Below, one piece after another: positions 1 through 9,907 of a stretch of 64,000 nt of DNA; position 1 is the stretch's first letter; each line of letters begins with the position of its first letter. The position numbers and the translations under genes were made by a program. Origin of the DNA: Sedimentisphaerales bacterium (GTDB lineage Bacteria; Planctomycetota; Phycisphaerae; Sedimentisphaerales; Anaerobacaceae); contig JAXDBU010000187.1 in NCBI GenBank assembly GCA_034678485.1, positions 24 to 64,023 on the forward strand, read 5' to 3'. The notes below the pieces were generated by a model. The model worked only from the letters and a program-made list of their open reading frames with translations, made no database searches and was not told where the DNA came from.

Positions 1-1
1 G

Positions 2-790
2 AACTTCGAAGCGGGCGAGTCGGGCATGCCCTGGATCAACTCCTCCATGCCCAATCGAAAGACCGATACCAACAACCGGACGGCATTCTCGACCGACTTC
101 ATCGGGCAGAATTACGAGTACCCCGAGGCCAGCTACGAGCAGCGCGAGCGGATCACCGCGCGCCACCGCCTCTTTCAGCAGGGCCTGATGTGGACGTTGG
201 CTCATCACCCGCGCGTCCCGGAGCACATCCGTCGTGAGGTGGCCCGTTGGGGCATGTGCAAGGACGAGTTCACCGAGGGGAACGGCTGGCAGGATCAGCT
301 CTATGTCCGCGAGGCTCGGCGGATGGTCGGCGACTATGTCATGACCCAACACCATTGTCAGGGTTCACGGAGGGCGGATGACCCGGTCGGTTTGGCTGCC
401 TACGGCATGGATTCCCATAACGTCCAGCGGTATGTGGACCCCAACGGCCACGTGCGCAACGAAGGCGACGTGGAGGTCGGCGGTTTCTCACCCTATCCGA
501 TCAGCTATCGAGCCATCGTTCCGAGAGCCGACCAGTGCGGCAACCTGCTGGTGCCCGTATGCCTCTCAGCCTCCCACATCGCCTACGGCTCCATTCGCAT
601 GGAACCGGTCTTCATGGTGCTGGGTCAGTCGGCGGCTACGGCTGCATCTCACGCAATCGATGAGAGTGTCCCGGTGCAGCGTGTTGACGGCGATAAGCTC
701 CACCAGCGTCTTCTGTCCGACCACCAGATCCTTGAATGGACACGGCAAGTACGTGCGGATCACCCAACCTGGATTCTGCCAGACTACTGA
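2..790 (+). CDS. FAD-dependent oxidoreductase family protein, C-terminal part (5' end lies outside the window)
   Basis: The frame is open from base 2 ([15 protein letters not shown]...) to TGA at 788-790. ...[17 protein letters not shown]...[35 protein letters not shown] resembles, from memory, the PF12831-type FAD oxidoreductases found beside sulfatase/glycan loci. Confidence 0.6.
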   Translation, partial: NFEAGESGMPWINSSMPNRKTDTNNRTAFSTDFIGQNYEYPEASYEQRERITARHRLFQQGLMWTLAHHPRVPEHIRREVARWGMCKDEFTEGNGWQDQLYVREARRMVGDYVMTQHHCQGSRRADDPVGLAAYGMDSHNVQRYVDPNGHVRNEGDVEVGGFSPYPISYRAIVPRADQCGNLLVPVCLSASHIAYGSIRMEPVFMVLGQSAATAASHAIDESVPVQRVDGDKLHQRLLSDHQILEWTRQVRADHPTWILPDY

Positions 791-1127
791 GAAACAGGAG
801 CGATCCAGTCTGTATCTCCAATCGTGTGGCGGGACGGTAGCAGTTTCCATGTTTGCGGCGGCCGAACACGGGCCGGTGACGAGTGGCTCACAAAGGCACG
901 GCTGAGGCTGAATGTCTCTCGATAAAATGACACGAAAGGGATGTTCCGCAGCCGCTCATGGAATCGCTTTTTCTGCTGAACACCTGACGGTCGGGGGAGG
1001 GTTTGGTAATGCCATAAGGCAGAGACTCGATGCCGGGTGGGGCGAGCCATGCGGGGGCGAGAAGGTAAGCGAGGCCGCGTACAGGGCGAAGGCTGTGCGA
1101 GTCGTGCGTGGGTTTCTCCGCGTGCGA

Positions 1128-1271
1128 CTAAGAAGGCTGGGAGGAAGCGTCGCTCGGCTCGTCGTCTTGATCCTTGAAGTAGTACTCCAGAGCCGCCCTG
1201 ACGGTCTTGCTCGGCGCATCGCGGACCTTGTCGTAGAGCTCGTTCGACAGGTAGATCGTTATCGTTGGCAT
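1128..1271 (-). CDS. 47-aa ribbon-helix-helix (CopG/Arc-like) protein, not in the ORF track (below its size cut-off)
   Basis: Hand translation from ATG (1271-1269) to TAG (1130-1128): MPTITIYLSNELYDKVRDAPSKTVRAALEYYFKDQDDEPSDASSQPS. It has an N-terminal beta-strand, two short helices and an acidic tail, and sits next to an AT-rich palindromic region. Confidence 0.45.
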   Translation of the reverse strand: MPTITIYLSNELYDKVRDAPSKTVRAALEYYFKDQDDEPSDASSQPS

Positions 1272-1370
1272 GGATATGACAACGTGACATGACTATATAA
1301 GCATTGCTGTCATGCAACATATATATTCCAGTACCACAAGCTTTATATATATGTATGTCTTGTATATAGT
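1272..1370. promoter_or_regulatory. AT-rich divergent promoter/operator region
   Basis: 1281-1370 is 28/90 = 31% GC by hand count, in a GC-rich context. Contains the inverted repeat CATGAC (1288-1293) / GTCATG (1309-1314) and several TATATA runs. It lies between divergent ORFs. Confidence 0.4.
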
Positions 1371-1610
1371 ATGAAACACACAACGATCAAGGGGGTGCCG
1401 ATCATCGAGATCTACGAGAGCTTCAACGGAAGCTACTGGCTCGTGACCGAGAAGGCTTGGACGCAGGACAGTGTCATTGCGGGCAAGGTCTACGAGAACG
1501 ACCAGATCCTCTTCGGCTACGTGCGGCTTTCGAGCTGCCCAGACTGCGCGGAGTGGGGGTACTTCTCCGAGTCCGAACTGAAGGCCCTGGGCCCGAGGGT
1601 CCCCATATTA
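1371..1610 (+). CDS. Hypothetical small protein; 3' end uncertain
   Basis: ATG at 1371. MKHTTIKGVPIIEIYESFNGSYWLVTEKAWTQDSVIAGKVYENDQILFGYVRLSSCPDCAEWGYFSESELKALGPRV looks protein-like. After about 1600 the same frame (tracked to 1910) turns into an Arg/Gly/Asp-rich out-of-frame read of the DUF481 gene. Confidence 0.3.
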
Positions 1611-2589
1611 TGCCGACCAGGTGGTTCTGAAGAACGGGGACCGTGTGACCGGCAAGATCGTGGGTCTCGGCGATGGGACTCTCGTCGTCAAGAGCGACCA
1701 GATCGGAGAGGTCAAGATCGCGATGAAGGACGTTGCGACGTTCCAGAGCGATTCGCCCCTGGAAACCCACCTCAAGGATGGGACGGTGATCCATCAGCCG
1801 GTGGTTGCGGCGGATCCGAATCAGTTCGGGATCGCGCAAGGTCCGGCTCTGCGTCCGCAGACGTTTTCGTTGCCCGACGTGGCAGCGATCAATCCGCCGC
1901 CGAAACCTGAGCCGAAATGGGAAGGCAGCGTTTCCGGCGCCGTGAGCTCGACGCACGGAGATACAAAGGCCGAGGCGGTCAGCGCCAGCGTGAGCGTCTC
2001 GCGACGGTCTGAGAAAGGCAGGACCACCGCCGGCGCGGATTACGGCAAGACCCAGCAGAGAGACCGCGACAGCGGGGAGGACAAGACCACCGAAGACTGG
2101 TGGCGGGCCAGAGCCGAGTACGACTACTTCTTCACGAAGAGATTCTTCGGATTCATCAACAGCCGCTATGAGAAAGACGCGATCGCGAACCTGGATTGAC
2201 GCGTCGTGGTCGGCGTCGGTGGCGGCTATCAGTGGATCGAGACGCCCCGGACCCGCTTCTCCACAAACCTTGGTCTTGCATCGCTCTATGAGAAGTTCGA
2301 CGTGGAACCTCCGGCCGACGACAGCAACAGCCAGCTCTCTCTGCAGGCCGGATACAACTTCGACCATCGCATCACGGACACCCTCCGATTCGTTCACGAT
2401 CTGACCTACTATCCGAGCCTGGAGAAGTTCTCCGATTACTACCTGACCACGACGGCGGAACTGCGGGCGAACCTGACGAAGACGATGTTCGCGAACTTCC
2501 GCGTCATCTTCAGCTGCGACGAGAGCCCTGCGCCGGGTCAGGGCGGCACGGATGTCAAGTACCTGTTCGGCGTGGGCATCACATTCTGA
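1582..2589 (+). pseudogene. DUF481-type outer-membrane protein, 5'-truncated and with an in-frame TGA
   Basis: Frame 1 is open from 1582 with no start or signal peptide. ORFs 1621..2199 and 2206..2589 share a frame and are split only by TGA at 2197-2199 (AIANLD*RVVVGVGGGYQW). LKNGDRVTGKIV and ...WWRARAEYDYFFTKRFF... motifs are present, and the C-terminal residue is Phe (GVGITF). Confidence 0.6.
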
Positions 2590-2631
2590 CGCCATTCGTT
2601 ACAGGGCCGAATGTCACACCCATACTGGCTG

Positions 2632-2669
2632 GCCGGGCTCGCCTCAAACGTGAGCCCGGCTTTTCTTTT
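2632..2669 (+). terminator. Rho-independent terminator after the DUF481 gene
   Basis: Stem GCCGGGCTC (2632-2640), 11-nt loop, stem GAGCCCGGC (2652-2660), then TTTTCTTTT (2661-2669). Confidence 0.6.
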
Positions 2670-2771
2670 GCATCCGAGGATTCCGTCCCGCGAAATTCCT
2701 GATCGATCCAGGTTGCGCGGGTACATCCCGGGGTTCACTCCGCGCAACCTGACGTCATATCCGTGCGGACT

Positions 2772-5700
2772 CTAGCGAGCTTTGCTTTTCGAGAGCGTCA
2801 GGGTGATATTACCCCCGGCTGGATCGTTTGTCTCCGTGAAGCGAGGCGGAACAAACGTGATCCGTTGGTCTCCGTTGGGGATTCCCTCGACGGTCAGAGG
2901 CGTCGCCAGACCCTCAAGACGCGCTTTGCCGATGGCTACACACGCATCATGAACGCGTCTTCGTGCGGCGTACTCGGAACCCGGTCGCATGGTCTCCAGG
3001 AGATCGTCCAACGCTCGTTCGATCAGGCCAAGCTGTGTCTCGGTCTCCTGCAAACGCCTGGTTCTGCTCACCCCGCTCTCACGGAAGCCCGCAGCGTAAG
3101 CCGTGCGAGCCTGACTTGCCAGTTCATCCCTCACACGCTGCAGTTCGGCTCTTTCGTACCTGAGTCTCGCCAACAACTCCTGCGTCTGCGTGGCGGTCGG
3201 ATTGACAAGCCGGTCGGCCTTCTCAATATCGCCGCCGCCCAGGTGGTGTCGAATCGTAACTGACAGGTCTTCTTCGCGTCGCAGACGCTCCCGGATTTTG
3301 GCCAGTCCTTCCGTCTGCTCCTGCGAAAGCGTAGTGACGCCGGCCCCGTACTGCACGACGTAGGTCTCCGCACCGCCGGGTTCTTCTTTGTCGCCGCCGA
3401 GAATATTGCCGATGGTCCCGGCGACCCGGTAAGGCGAACCGGCCACAGCGTTGGCAATCAAGCTGGCCGCGGCTCCAACGGCCGCTTGGGCGATCTGCCC
3501 ACCGCCGAGGCCCTCCTCATCGACCTTGAATGACAACGGAATCCGGATGGACCCGCCCGCGTCGCGCAGGATGAACAGCACCGTATCGAGAGAGGCCGGC
3601 AACGTGAGCAGTTTGGCCAAGAAGCCATCCGGCGGCTCGGTCAGGGACAGGTCCGTGAAGACGAGCCGGGCCCGTGTTGACAGCGGCTGGTCCTCGTGGA
3701 ATCGCAGATCGATACCGGCGTCAAAGGTGCCGTCACGAAGAGTCATGCCTTGCTGCTGAGCCATCCCTTTGAAGTTGACCAGTTCCAGTCCGCTCAATCC
3801 CATTTTGACCCAGCCGTCGGGACGCGGATAGAGACTCAGCCGCCCGGTGGCCGACAGCTCCTGGAAGAGCAGCCGATTCTCCGTCGCCGCAGGCTCCGAC
3901 GAGCCCGGGGCGGAATCTCCGACCGGCGCCTGTGCGGCGGGCGTCGAGTTCTCTTTCGCGCCCGGAAGCGGCACCTCGCCGGCGGTCGCCACAATGTTGA
4001 ATCGCATCGGCTCCGTAGCCTCGCCTCCGGGCGTGGTGAATCCCCGGACCTCGACGTCCAGACCTTTCAGCGGCAGGTACATCGGCGGATCCACCGTGCG
4101 GTCGGCGAACCTGAAATCGATGCCATTCACGAGGAGTTGATCGACGCGTAAGGCGGGTTGCCCGCCTTTCTCCGGAGACGTTTCGACCCGCCGGGCCGTG
4201 GCGTCATTCGTGTCCGCGATGGGAACCGTTGCGACAGTGTTCGCGTCGGCAGTTACTCCCGCAGCCGAGGTTTTCAAGATCATGCCCAGCACGTGTATTC
4301 CATCGGCTTCCCGCGAGACCGCACCTTGCGGCTTCACCAAGCTGACTTCCTTCACATGGACGCTGCCGCTCTGGGGATCCAGCCTCGGTATGACGACGCG
4401 AAGCTCGTCCAAACTCGCCAGCACTGCGTTGGCGTCCGCATCTTCGAATTTCGCGGCCTTGACCAGCAGGTCCAGACCAAGAGGTCTGCTGAAGTCGAAC
4501 TCCGCGACGTTGCGTCGTTCCGGATGCAAGGTCAGTTGCACATTCCCGGATAATCGCCCGTTGCGCAAACTATTCGCGTCCACCGCCGTGCGGAGTTCCG
4601 GCAGGAGGGAGGTCAGTCCGTCGCCGTGGATCTGCCCTATGTCCCACGTGGCGAGTATCTGCGGCTGGGCGACAAAGGGCGACAACTCGAGCTGCAACTG
4701 CAGTGATTCGGTGAGAGGTTGAATCTGGCCATGAATGCTGATTCTGACGGCCGGATTCGTGTCGGGTTCGTCGCCAAGGAGTTGGATGGCCTCGGTATTG
4801 CCAATCTGCAAATCCGAAACGACGATGGGAGCAGCCGTCGGTTTGGTCTCATCTCTCACCGTGAGCTTCCTGGCCTGCAACGACAATCGTTCAAGCGTAA
4901 AGAGAGGCAGACGCGGTGCCTTTCGTGCGATGCCGCTCGGACGGTCCGCCTTTTCCTCCGACGGTGTTGGATCCGTCACCGACTGTGCATCAGTCGCGGC
5001 AGCTACTGAGGCTGTCTGCTTCTGCGGTTCGGGAGCGTTGTCCGCGGCCTTCGGCGCGGAGGGTCCCATATCGAGCCCCAGAAGGCTGATCGAGCCTGAC
5101 GCTTTCCGCTCGATCGTAGCCTCCAAGCCTTGGAGAGACACTTGCTGGATGGATATCAGGCGCGCATTCGGATCGAACCGGTCGACGGCCAGTTCGGCCG
5201 AGTCGAAGCGCAGCAGTGGCTCTTGCCTGGATTCGCTACGGTAATCCACGTCGGCGATATGGACACGCGCACGCTGGCCACCCTCGGGATGACGCGCCAG
5301 GTCAGCCGCGATCTTTGCGTGGAGCTGCCCCTCTTCCAGGGCCGGCTTCCATCCTTCGGGCAGATAGGATGACAAGAGCCCGGCATTCAGTCCTGCCGCC
5401 TCCAACTGCAAATCAGCCCCTTGTTTCGAGGGCGTCGCCTGAACGTGCCCGGTAATCGTTGCCTGTTGCACCATGCCCGGAGCCCGGATCGTGGCGGCCA
5501 ACGCGGCGGGGGGCGCCTCGACTCCCAAGGCGAGATCCGTGAGCGTCAGGTCGGCTGCCATCGTCTGCGATACTGCCGGCGCCACCGCGCGATCAGACCA
5601 CTGAATCTGGGCATCTTTCACGTCCAGGCGGCCCATAAGCACGAGGCGGGTCGACTCGGGTGTCGTCGACGCCGGCTGGACCTGCGGCGCCGGCGTCTCG

Positions 5701-8363
5701 GGTCCGGGCTCTCGTGCCGGGAGCAGACGCAGGCCAACGCAGGCAAGCACGCCGGACTCTTCACGTGAAAGGGCCAGCCGGGGCTGCTCAATCGTGATAC
5801 GCTCTACCTGGAGCCCCGCATCGGTCAGCTCGAGTTGTGCGACATCCGCCCGATTCAGTCCGGCAAGTTCTACATCACCATCCTTGACCGCCACATCGCG
5901 GATCGTTGCCGAGCAACGCACTCCCTGGGTCCCCCAGGCGACCTGCCCGTTCATCTTGGCGTCGATGCCTCCTTTGGCCATCGTGGGCTCGACCCCCAAC
6001 TCCTGAAGATAGGACGCCATCTCAGTTAGGGCCAGGCCCTCGCCGTTCAGGCCCAGGTCGAAGGACAACCCGGCCGTCTGGAGTGTCACGGTCCCGCTCA
6101 ACTCCACACGTTCAAAGATCCCGGGACTGCGAAGCCAGGCTTTGAGAGAGGCCGGCGCTGCAGACGCAACGTCGTCGCCCAGTACGAGGTTCGTGAGCTC
6201 GAACCCAAGATCCGGCACGGCTATGGTCTTCGTCGGCGTGACCGTGCGGTCCACAAAAGTCAGCTCGTTGTCGTGCCAGGATATGCGTCCGATTTCGATC
6301 CTCGTCGCCGGCCTCGCGGTTGCAGTGGTCGCAGCGTCCTGAACTGCATCCGCGTCACTGGCTCGCACGCCGCTTGGCACAGTGCTCGCGCCGACTGGCC
6401 CAGATTCCGTCGAAGAGGTGCTGCCGGTGAACCGGAAACCCAGAACGTTCAAGCAGCCGGCCTCGTCTCGTCCCAAGGCGAGACGCTGTCCGGAGATCTC
6501 GACCTGATCGACATGGGTGGTACCCGTATTCGGATCGATCCTCACCCCTTGAATGCCCACTGTCTTGAGCCCGAATAGCTCGCCGCCGTCCTGGAGGCTG
6601 ATGTTTGTGACAGACGCGGACGCATCGATCCGCCCGCCTTCTTGCGACGCGAACGTCGCATTCACGTCACACGCGAACGTTCCGCCTTTATAGAGGGACT
6701 CCAGGCCCAACCTCCTGAGATGCGGGTGCAACACGTCCGGGCGGATGCCGGTTCCGGACAGCTTCAGCGCCGCGCTGCTCTGTGCGGAAGACAGCATCAT
6801 GGTCCCGCTGACCTGAAGACTCTCCATGATGCCCGGCGCCCCGAGGCGGGCGGCCAAGGTCAATCCTTGAGAGGGCGACGCGGCGCTGGAAGCGGCCACG
6901 TCGTTGAGGTCCAATACCAGATCGGTCGGGGGAGATACAGACTCGTCGTGGAAAACCAGATGCACGTCGCGCACCTCGATGCCATCCAGGGACCACGCCC
7001 CCGGCGTCTGGCCTGCGGACGCGGAGCCCGCCCGGCCTTCACGACCCACGACTTTGGCGCCTGCGGCGCTCGGCTGGGCCGATGTCGTTGATGGCGGTCG
7101 GCCAACGAACTGCAAGCCGCCTGCCGATAGTACTCCTGTCGCTCGCCGCCAAGCGTGCAACGTACCGTGGGAGAACTGCACTCTGCCCACGCGAATCGCG
7201 CCGGAGCCAGGCACGTTCGCATCCACGACTACGCTCTCCAGACGAAAGTCCTCCCTGTCGTCGATGGTCAGGATGCTATTCTGCCATTCGAAGTGAGCCT
7301 GAAGCTCCAGGGGCAAAGGCTGGACCGTCGTCTCGCCGGATGCGTGCGGTTGCTCTCCCGATGCGACAACGTCGTTCGCCTCTGCCACGCGTTTCGCCTG
7401 CACCTGGACGGACCCGGCGCCGGTGAACGCGACATTCCGCGCGTCTGGGCGGAGCCCCAAACCGGCGAGGTAGTCCTCCACGGCGCCGGGATGCAGGCCC
7501 TGAAGGGCGACCTTCACGTCGGCCAGGAGGCCGGTTGCGTCGCTTGACGCTATTCCTTCCACCAGGAACTGATCCAGCACGGGGGGAGAAGACAGAATGA
7601 CTTGGAACCGCGTCCTGCGCTTGTCCGAGCGGAGATCGGAGAGCCGCACGTTCAAATCCAGCCGGGTCTCAAAAGCCGGGCTGACACTCAGGTCCTGAAA
7701 GTGAACCTGCACGTGCTGCAGCCGCAGCGCATCCATTTGGAGCGGCGGCGTCAAGTCGATGGCGCGCGACGACACGGGCCCGGAAACGGCGGGTGTATTG
7801 GGTTCCTGCGCCGCCGTGCTTCGTTCGCGCAACACGGCCAGCAGGGTCTGCAACTGCGGGAACGTCCCATCCTGAGCGCGGGTCAGACTGACGTCCATTC
7901 CGTCAATCTCGAGCCGTGGGACCACGAGCCGGCGCGTCAACAGCGTTAATGGGGAGACCTCCGCCCGGCAATACTCAACGTCGGTCAGGGGCATATTGCT
8001 GTCAGTCGGCACCAGAACAAGGTGCCAGAGTTCGGCGTCTCCGGTGAGCAAAGAGAGGCTCAGTCGCTCATAACGAGCCTCCAGCCCGTATGACATCATG
8101 GTCTTGTTAATGATCCATGGGAGGGAGAGCCACAGAGCCATGCGCAAGACCACGACCACAGCCACGATAATAACACCGGCCCAGACCAGCCGTCGCCGCC
8201 AGCGATGGCGGCGGCCCTGGACGTGATGCCCAATCGGGCGATCCGGCGGGCTACCAGGCGTCCCGCTTGTCTCCGATCCGACCGCGGCGGCTGCGGCCTG
8301 CTCAACGGGTATTGGCTCCACGTTTGCTGAGGATGGCTTGACGTTCTTCTTCTTGTGCCCCAC
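2772..8363 (-). CDS. Giant DUF748/AsmA-like envelope protein (about 1,863 aa)
   Basis: The ORF is tracked as 2772..8483. I place the start at the in-frame GTG 8363-8361, which follows AGGAG plus a 6-nt spacer and lies 17 nt after the upstream gene's stop. The protein has a basic tail, one TM helix (LVWAGVIIVAVVVVLRMALWLSLPWII) and more than 1,700 aa of beta-rich sequence typical of AsmA/TamB-like proteins. Confidence 0.8.
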   Translation of the reverse strand: MGHKKKNVKPSSANVEPIPVEQAAAAAVGSETSGTPGSPPDRPIGHHVQGRRHRWRRRLVWAGVIIVAVVVVLRMALWLSLPWIINKTMMSYGLEARYERLSLSLLTGDAELWHLVLVPTDSNMPLTDVEYCRAEVSPLTLLTRRLVVPRLEIDGMDVSLTRAQDGTFPQLQTLLAVLRERSTAAQEPNTPAVSGPVSSRAIDLTPPLQMDALRLQHVQVHFQDLSVSPAFETRLDLNVRLSDLRSDKRRTRFQVILSSPPVLDQFLVEGIASSDATGLLADVKVALQGLHPGAVEDYLAGLGLRPDARNVAFTGAGSVQVQAKRVAEANDVVASGEQPHASGETTVQPLPLELQAHFEWQNSILTIDDREDFRLESVVVDANVPGSGAIRVGRVQFSHGTLHAWRRATGVLSAGGLQFVGRPPSTTSAQPSAAGAKVVGREGRAGSASAGQTPGAWSLDGIEVRDVHLVFHDESVSPPTDLVLDLNDVAASSAASPSQGLTLAARLGAPGIMESLQVSGTMMLSSAQSSAALKLSGTGIRPDVLHPHLRRLGLESLYKGGTFACDVNATFASQEGGRIDASASVTNISLQDGGELFGLKTVGIQGVRIDPNTGTTHVDQVEISGQRLALGRDEAGCLNVLGFRFTGSTSSTESGPVGASTVPSGVRASDADAVQDAATTATARPATRIEIGRISWHDNELTFVDRTVTPTKTIAVPDLGFELTNLVLGDDVASAAPASLKAWLRSPGIFERVELSGTVTLQTAGLSFDLGLNGEGLALTEMASYLQELGVEPTMAKGGIDAKMNGQVAWGTQGVRCSATIRDVAVKDGDVELAGLNRADVAQLELTDAGLQVERITIEQPRLALSREESGVLACVGLRLLPAREPGPETPAPQVQPASTTPESTRLVLMGRLDVKDAQIQWSDRAVAPAVSQTMAADLTLTDLALGVEAPPAALAATIRAPGMVQQATITGHVQATPSKQGADLQLEAAGLNAGLLSSYLPEGWKPALEEGQLHAKIAADLARHPEGGQRARVHIADVDYRSESRQEPLLRFDSAELAVDRFDPNARLISIQQVSLQGLEATIERKASGSISLLGLDMGPSAPKAADNAPEPQKQTASVAAATDAQSVTDPTPSEEKADRPSGIARKAPRLPLFTLERLSLQARKLTVRDETKPTAAPIVVSDLQIGNTEAIQLLGDEPDTNPAVRISIHGQIQPLTESLQLQLELSPFVAQPQILATWDIGQIHGDGLTSLLPELRTAVDANSLRNGRLSGNVQLTLHPERRNVAEFDFSRPLGLDLLVKAAKFEDADANAVLASLDELRVVIPRLDPQSGSVHVKEVSLVKPQGAVSREADGIHVLGMILKTSAAGVTADANTVATVPIADTNDATARRVETSPEKGGQPALRVDQLLVNGIDFRFADRTVDPPMYLPLKGLDVEVRGFTTPGGEATEPMRFNIVATAGEVPLPGAKENSTPAAQAPVGDSAPGSSEPAATENRLLFQELSATGRLSLYPRPDGWVKMGLSGLELVNFKGMAQQQGMTLRDGTFDAGIDLRFHEDQPLSTRARLVFTDLSLTEPPDGFLAKLLTLPASLDTVLFILRDAGGSIRIPLSFKVDEEGLGGGQIAQAAVGAAASLIANAVAGSPYRVAGTIGNILGGDKEEPGGAETYVVQYGAGVTTLSQEQTEGLAKIRERLRREEDLSVTIRHHLGGGDIEKADRLVNPTATQTQELLARLRYERAELQRVRDELASQARTAYAAGFRESGVSRTRRLQETETQLGLIERALDDLLETMRPGSEYAARRRVHDACVAIGKARLEGLATPLTVEGIPNGDQRITFVPPRFTETNDPAGGNITLTLSKSKAR

Positions 8364-8380
8364 GGGATGCTCCTGTGCTT

Positions 8381-9907
8381 CTACTGTTGTTCCTGCAGGA
8401 CTTGATTCAGTACGCTGCGTCTGTCTTTGAGCGAAGCCAACGGATCGTAGCCTTTCGGCGCACGGCCCTTCGTTGCCAGCCACTCAAACGCGCGCGTCCG
8501 GGCGGCCGGCGAAATGTCCTCCAGGTAGATGAAGTTCTCCAGGAGGAGCCGCTGCTCCAGATCTGCGCCGCTGGTGGCGTCCGCGACCATCTCTTTCAGG
8601 ACCGCGGGATGGCGGCCCACCTCGCCGGCGTGACGCATCGCGATGGCCTCCAACTCCGGCCTCATCTGCTCGGCAGACAACAAATCCGCGAGAAACAGGT
8701 ACGCTGCCTTCTGCAGTCGCCACCCCAGCGTGCCGATCTCCCAAGCGGGATCCGACTCGCATTCCTTGGTGATGACGTAGGCCAGACGGTCAATGACCAC
8801 TTCTGTGGCCGAAAGGGTGACATCCTCGATGAGAGGCGCTCCGGCCTCTCGCGCAAGATATAGCAGCGCCTGTCGTCTATGCGTCAACGATTGGAGCAGC
8901 CGCAGCGCATCTTCCATACCTCGTCTGCCGGCGTCGAACCGTGGCCCCTTTTGTTCGCTGTCCTTCTCGACCGCTGCTTGCAGAGAACCCTGACACTCTC
9001 TTAGCAGCGTCTCGTAGGCGACCGCTTCGGCCGTCCCCTTCGGGGGAACCGGCATCACTTCGATCAGAGCCGCAAACGCCGCAATTCCGTCCAGATTGAA
9101 CGGCGATGGCAGGATGACTCCCCATTGCCCCTGTTCCGGCAGGTTCTGCGGCTTCAACGAAATGGTTTCTGTTGCGAGTATACCAGAGGCCGCAGACGTC
9201 GACTGCGTTTGCTCTTTCCCGGAGCTCGCGGTGCTGTCTGCGTCCAGGAGAGCGTCTTCCTCGAGTTCTCCCGTGGCTACGAGCGATATCTCCAGAGAAG
9301 CGACCGTCGTGGGACGCTCTGCAGTTCCTTGCTCTGGGGCCGGTCCTTGCCGCACTTGGATTTCGAGCTTGGGAATCGCGCCGGAATCCGCCTGCGGCCG
9401 GTCCCAAACACGGAAGCTCGCGCCGACGCCGGCGGGCAAGACACCCTGCAGCGTAGTTCGGGACACGAACGTACTTTCACCACGCTTGGGAGCTTGTTCC
9501 AGAATCTCGGTCTCGTTCTGAACCACTCCGATCCTGGCTCTTCTCAGCAGCCCGGCGACGGCCGTAACCGGCGAACTCGTAGGCAGGACGGTGATCATCT
9601 GGGCTTGTGCTTCCACGGGCTCCAAGGGGGTTCGGGGCCATGGATTGATGGCCAGGAAGGTCACGGTGATTCCCGGAGAGCCATCGAGAGGGAGCGAATT
9701 GCCGTCCGCTGCTTGGTTGTCGGGCGATGGAGAGCACCTGAAATAGCTCACATCATATTGCAGCCTGGACACAGCAGGAGGGCTCGGAGGCGCTTTGGAG
9801 CCTATGCCACAGCCTGCAGACAAGACCATGACCGCACAAATCAAACAAGGGATGGTCCGATACCGGTTGGCCGGACTGTCGTAGCGGCGATGCAACTGTC
9901 GTTCCAT
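8381..9907 (-). CDS. Hypothetical lipoprotein-like protein, co-transcribed upstream of the AsmA-like gene
   Basis: Starts at MERQLHRRYDSPANRYRTIPCLICAVMVLSAGCGIGS (signal peptide with a lipobox-like SAGC). No family recognised. The tracked ORF extends to 9934. Confidence 0.6.
   Translation of the reverse strand: MERQLHRRYDSPANRYRTIPCLICAVMVLSAGCGIGSKAPPSPPAVSRLQYDVSYFRCSPSPDNQAADGNSLPLDGSPGITVTFLAINPWPRTPLEPVEAQAQMITVLPTSSPVTAVAGLLRRARIGVVQNETEILEQAPKRGESTFVSRTTLQGVLPAGVGASFRVWDRPQADSGAIPKLEIQVRQGPAPEQGTAERPTTVASLEISLVATGELEEDALLDADSTASSGKEQTQSTSAASGILATETISLKPQNLPEQGQWGVILPSPFNLDGIAAFAALIEVMPVPPKGTAEAVAYETLLRECQGSLQAAVEKDSEQKGPRFDAGRRGMEDALRLLQSLTHRRQALLYLAREAGAPLIEDVTLSATEVVIDRLAYVITKECESDPAWEIGTLGWRLQKAAYLFLADLLSAEQMRPELEAIAMRHAGEVGRHPAVLKEMVADATSGADLEQRLLLENFIYLEDISPAARTRAFEWLATKGRAPKGYDPLASLKDRRSVLNQVLQEQQ

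Noticed and set aside
784-1383. 199-aa minus-strand ORF and the 126-aa plus-strand ORF (912..1292) between the oxidoreductase and the RHH ORF.
   Set aside because: Both have junk-like composition (runs of R/P/S) and no start context. The only convincing reading in this interval is the short RHH ORF in another frame. I also looked for a toxin partner downstream of the RHH ORF and found none.
2197-2199. Possible TGA recoding (Trp or selenocysteine). In-frame TGAs occur in the DUF481 gene (2197-2199), the integrase fragment (13535-13533) and the IS transposase (48776-48774), at least one of them where Trp would fit.
   Set aside because: TGA clearly terminates many intact genes here (for example 788-790 and the kinase/regulator ATGA overlap). 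All three cases sit in otherwise damaged genes. TGG to TGA is a single transition, and I saw no SECIS-like context. Ordinary pseudogenisation is the simpler reading.
1474-2595. 373-aa minus-strand ORF covering the DUF481 region.
   Set aside because: It is antisense to a recognisable OMP gene. The translation is Arg/Ala/Gly/Pro-rich with no motifs, as expected for shadow ORFs in GC-rich DNA.
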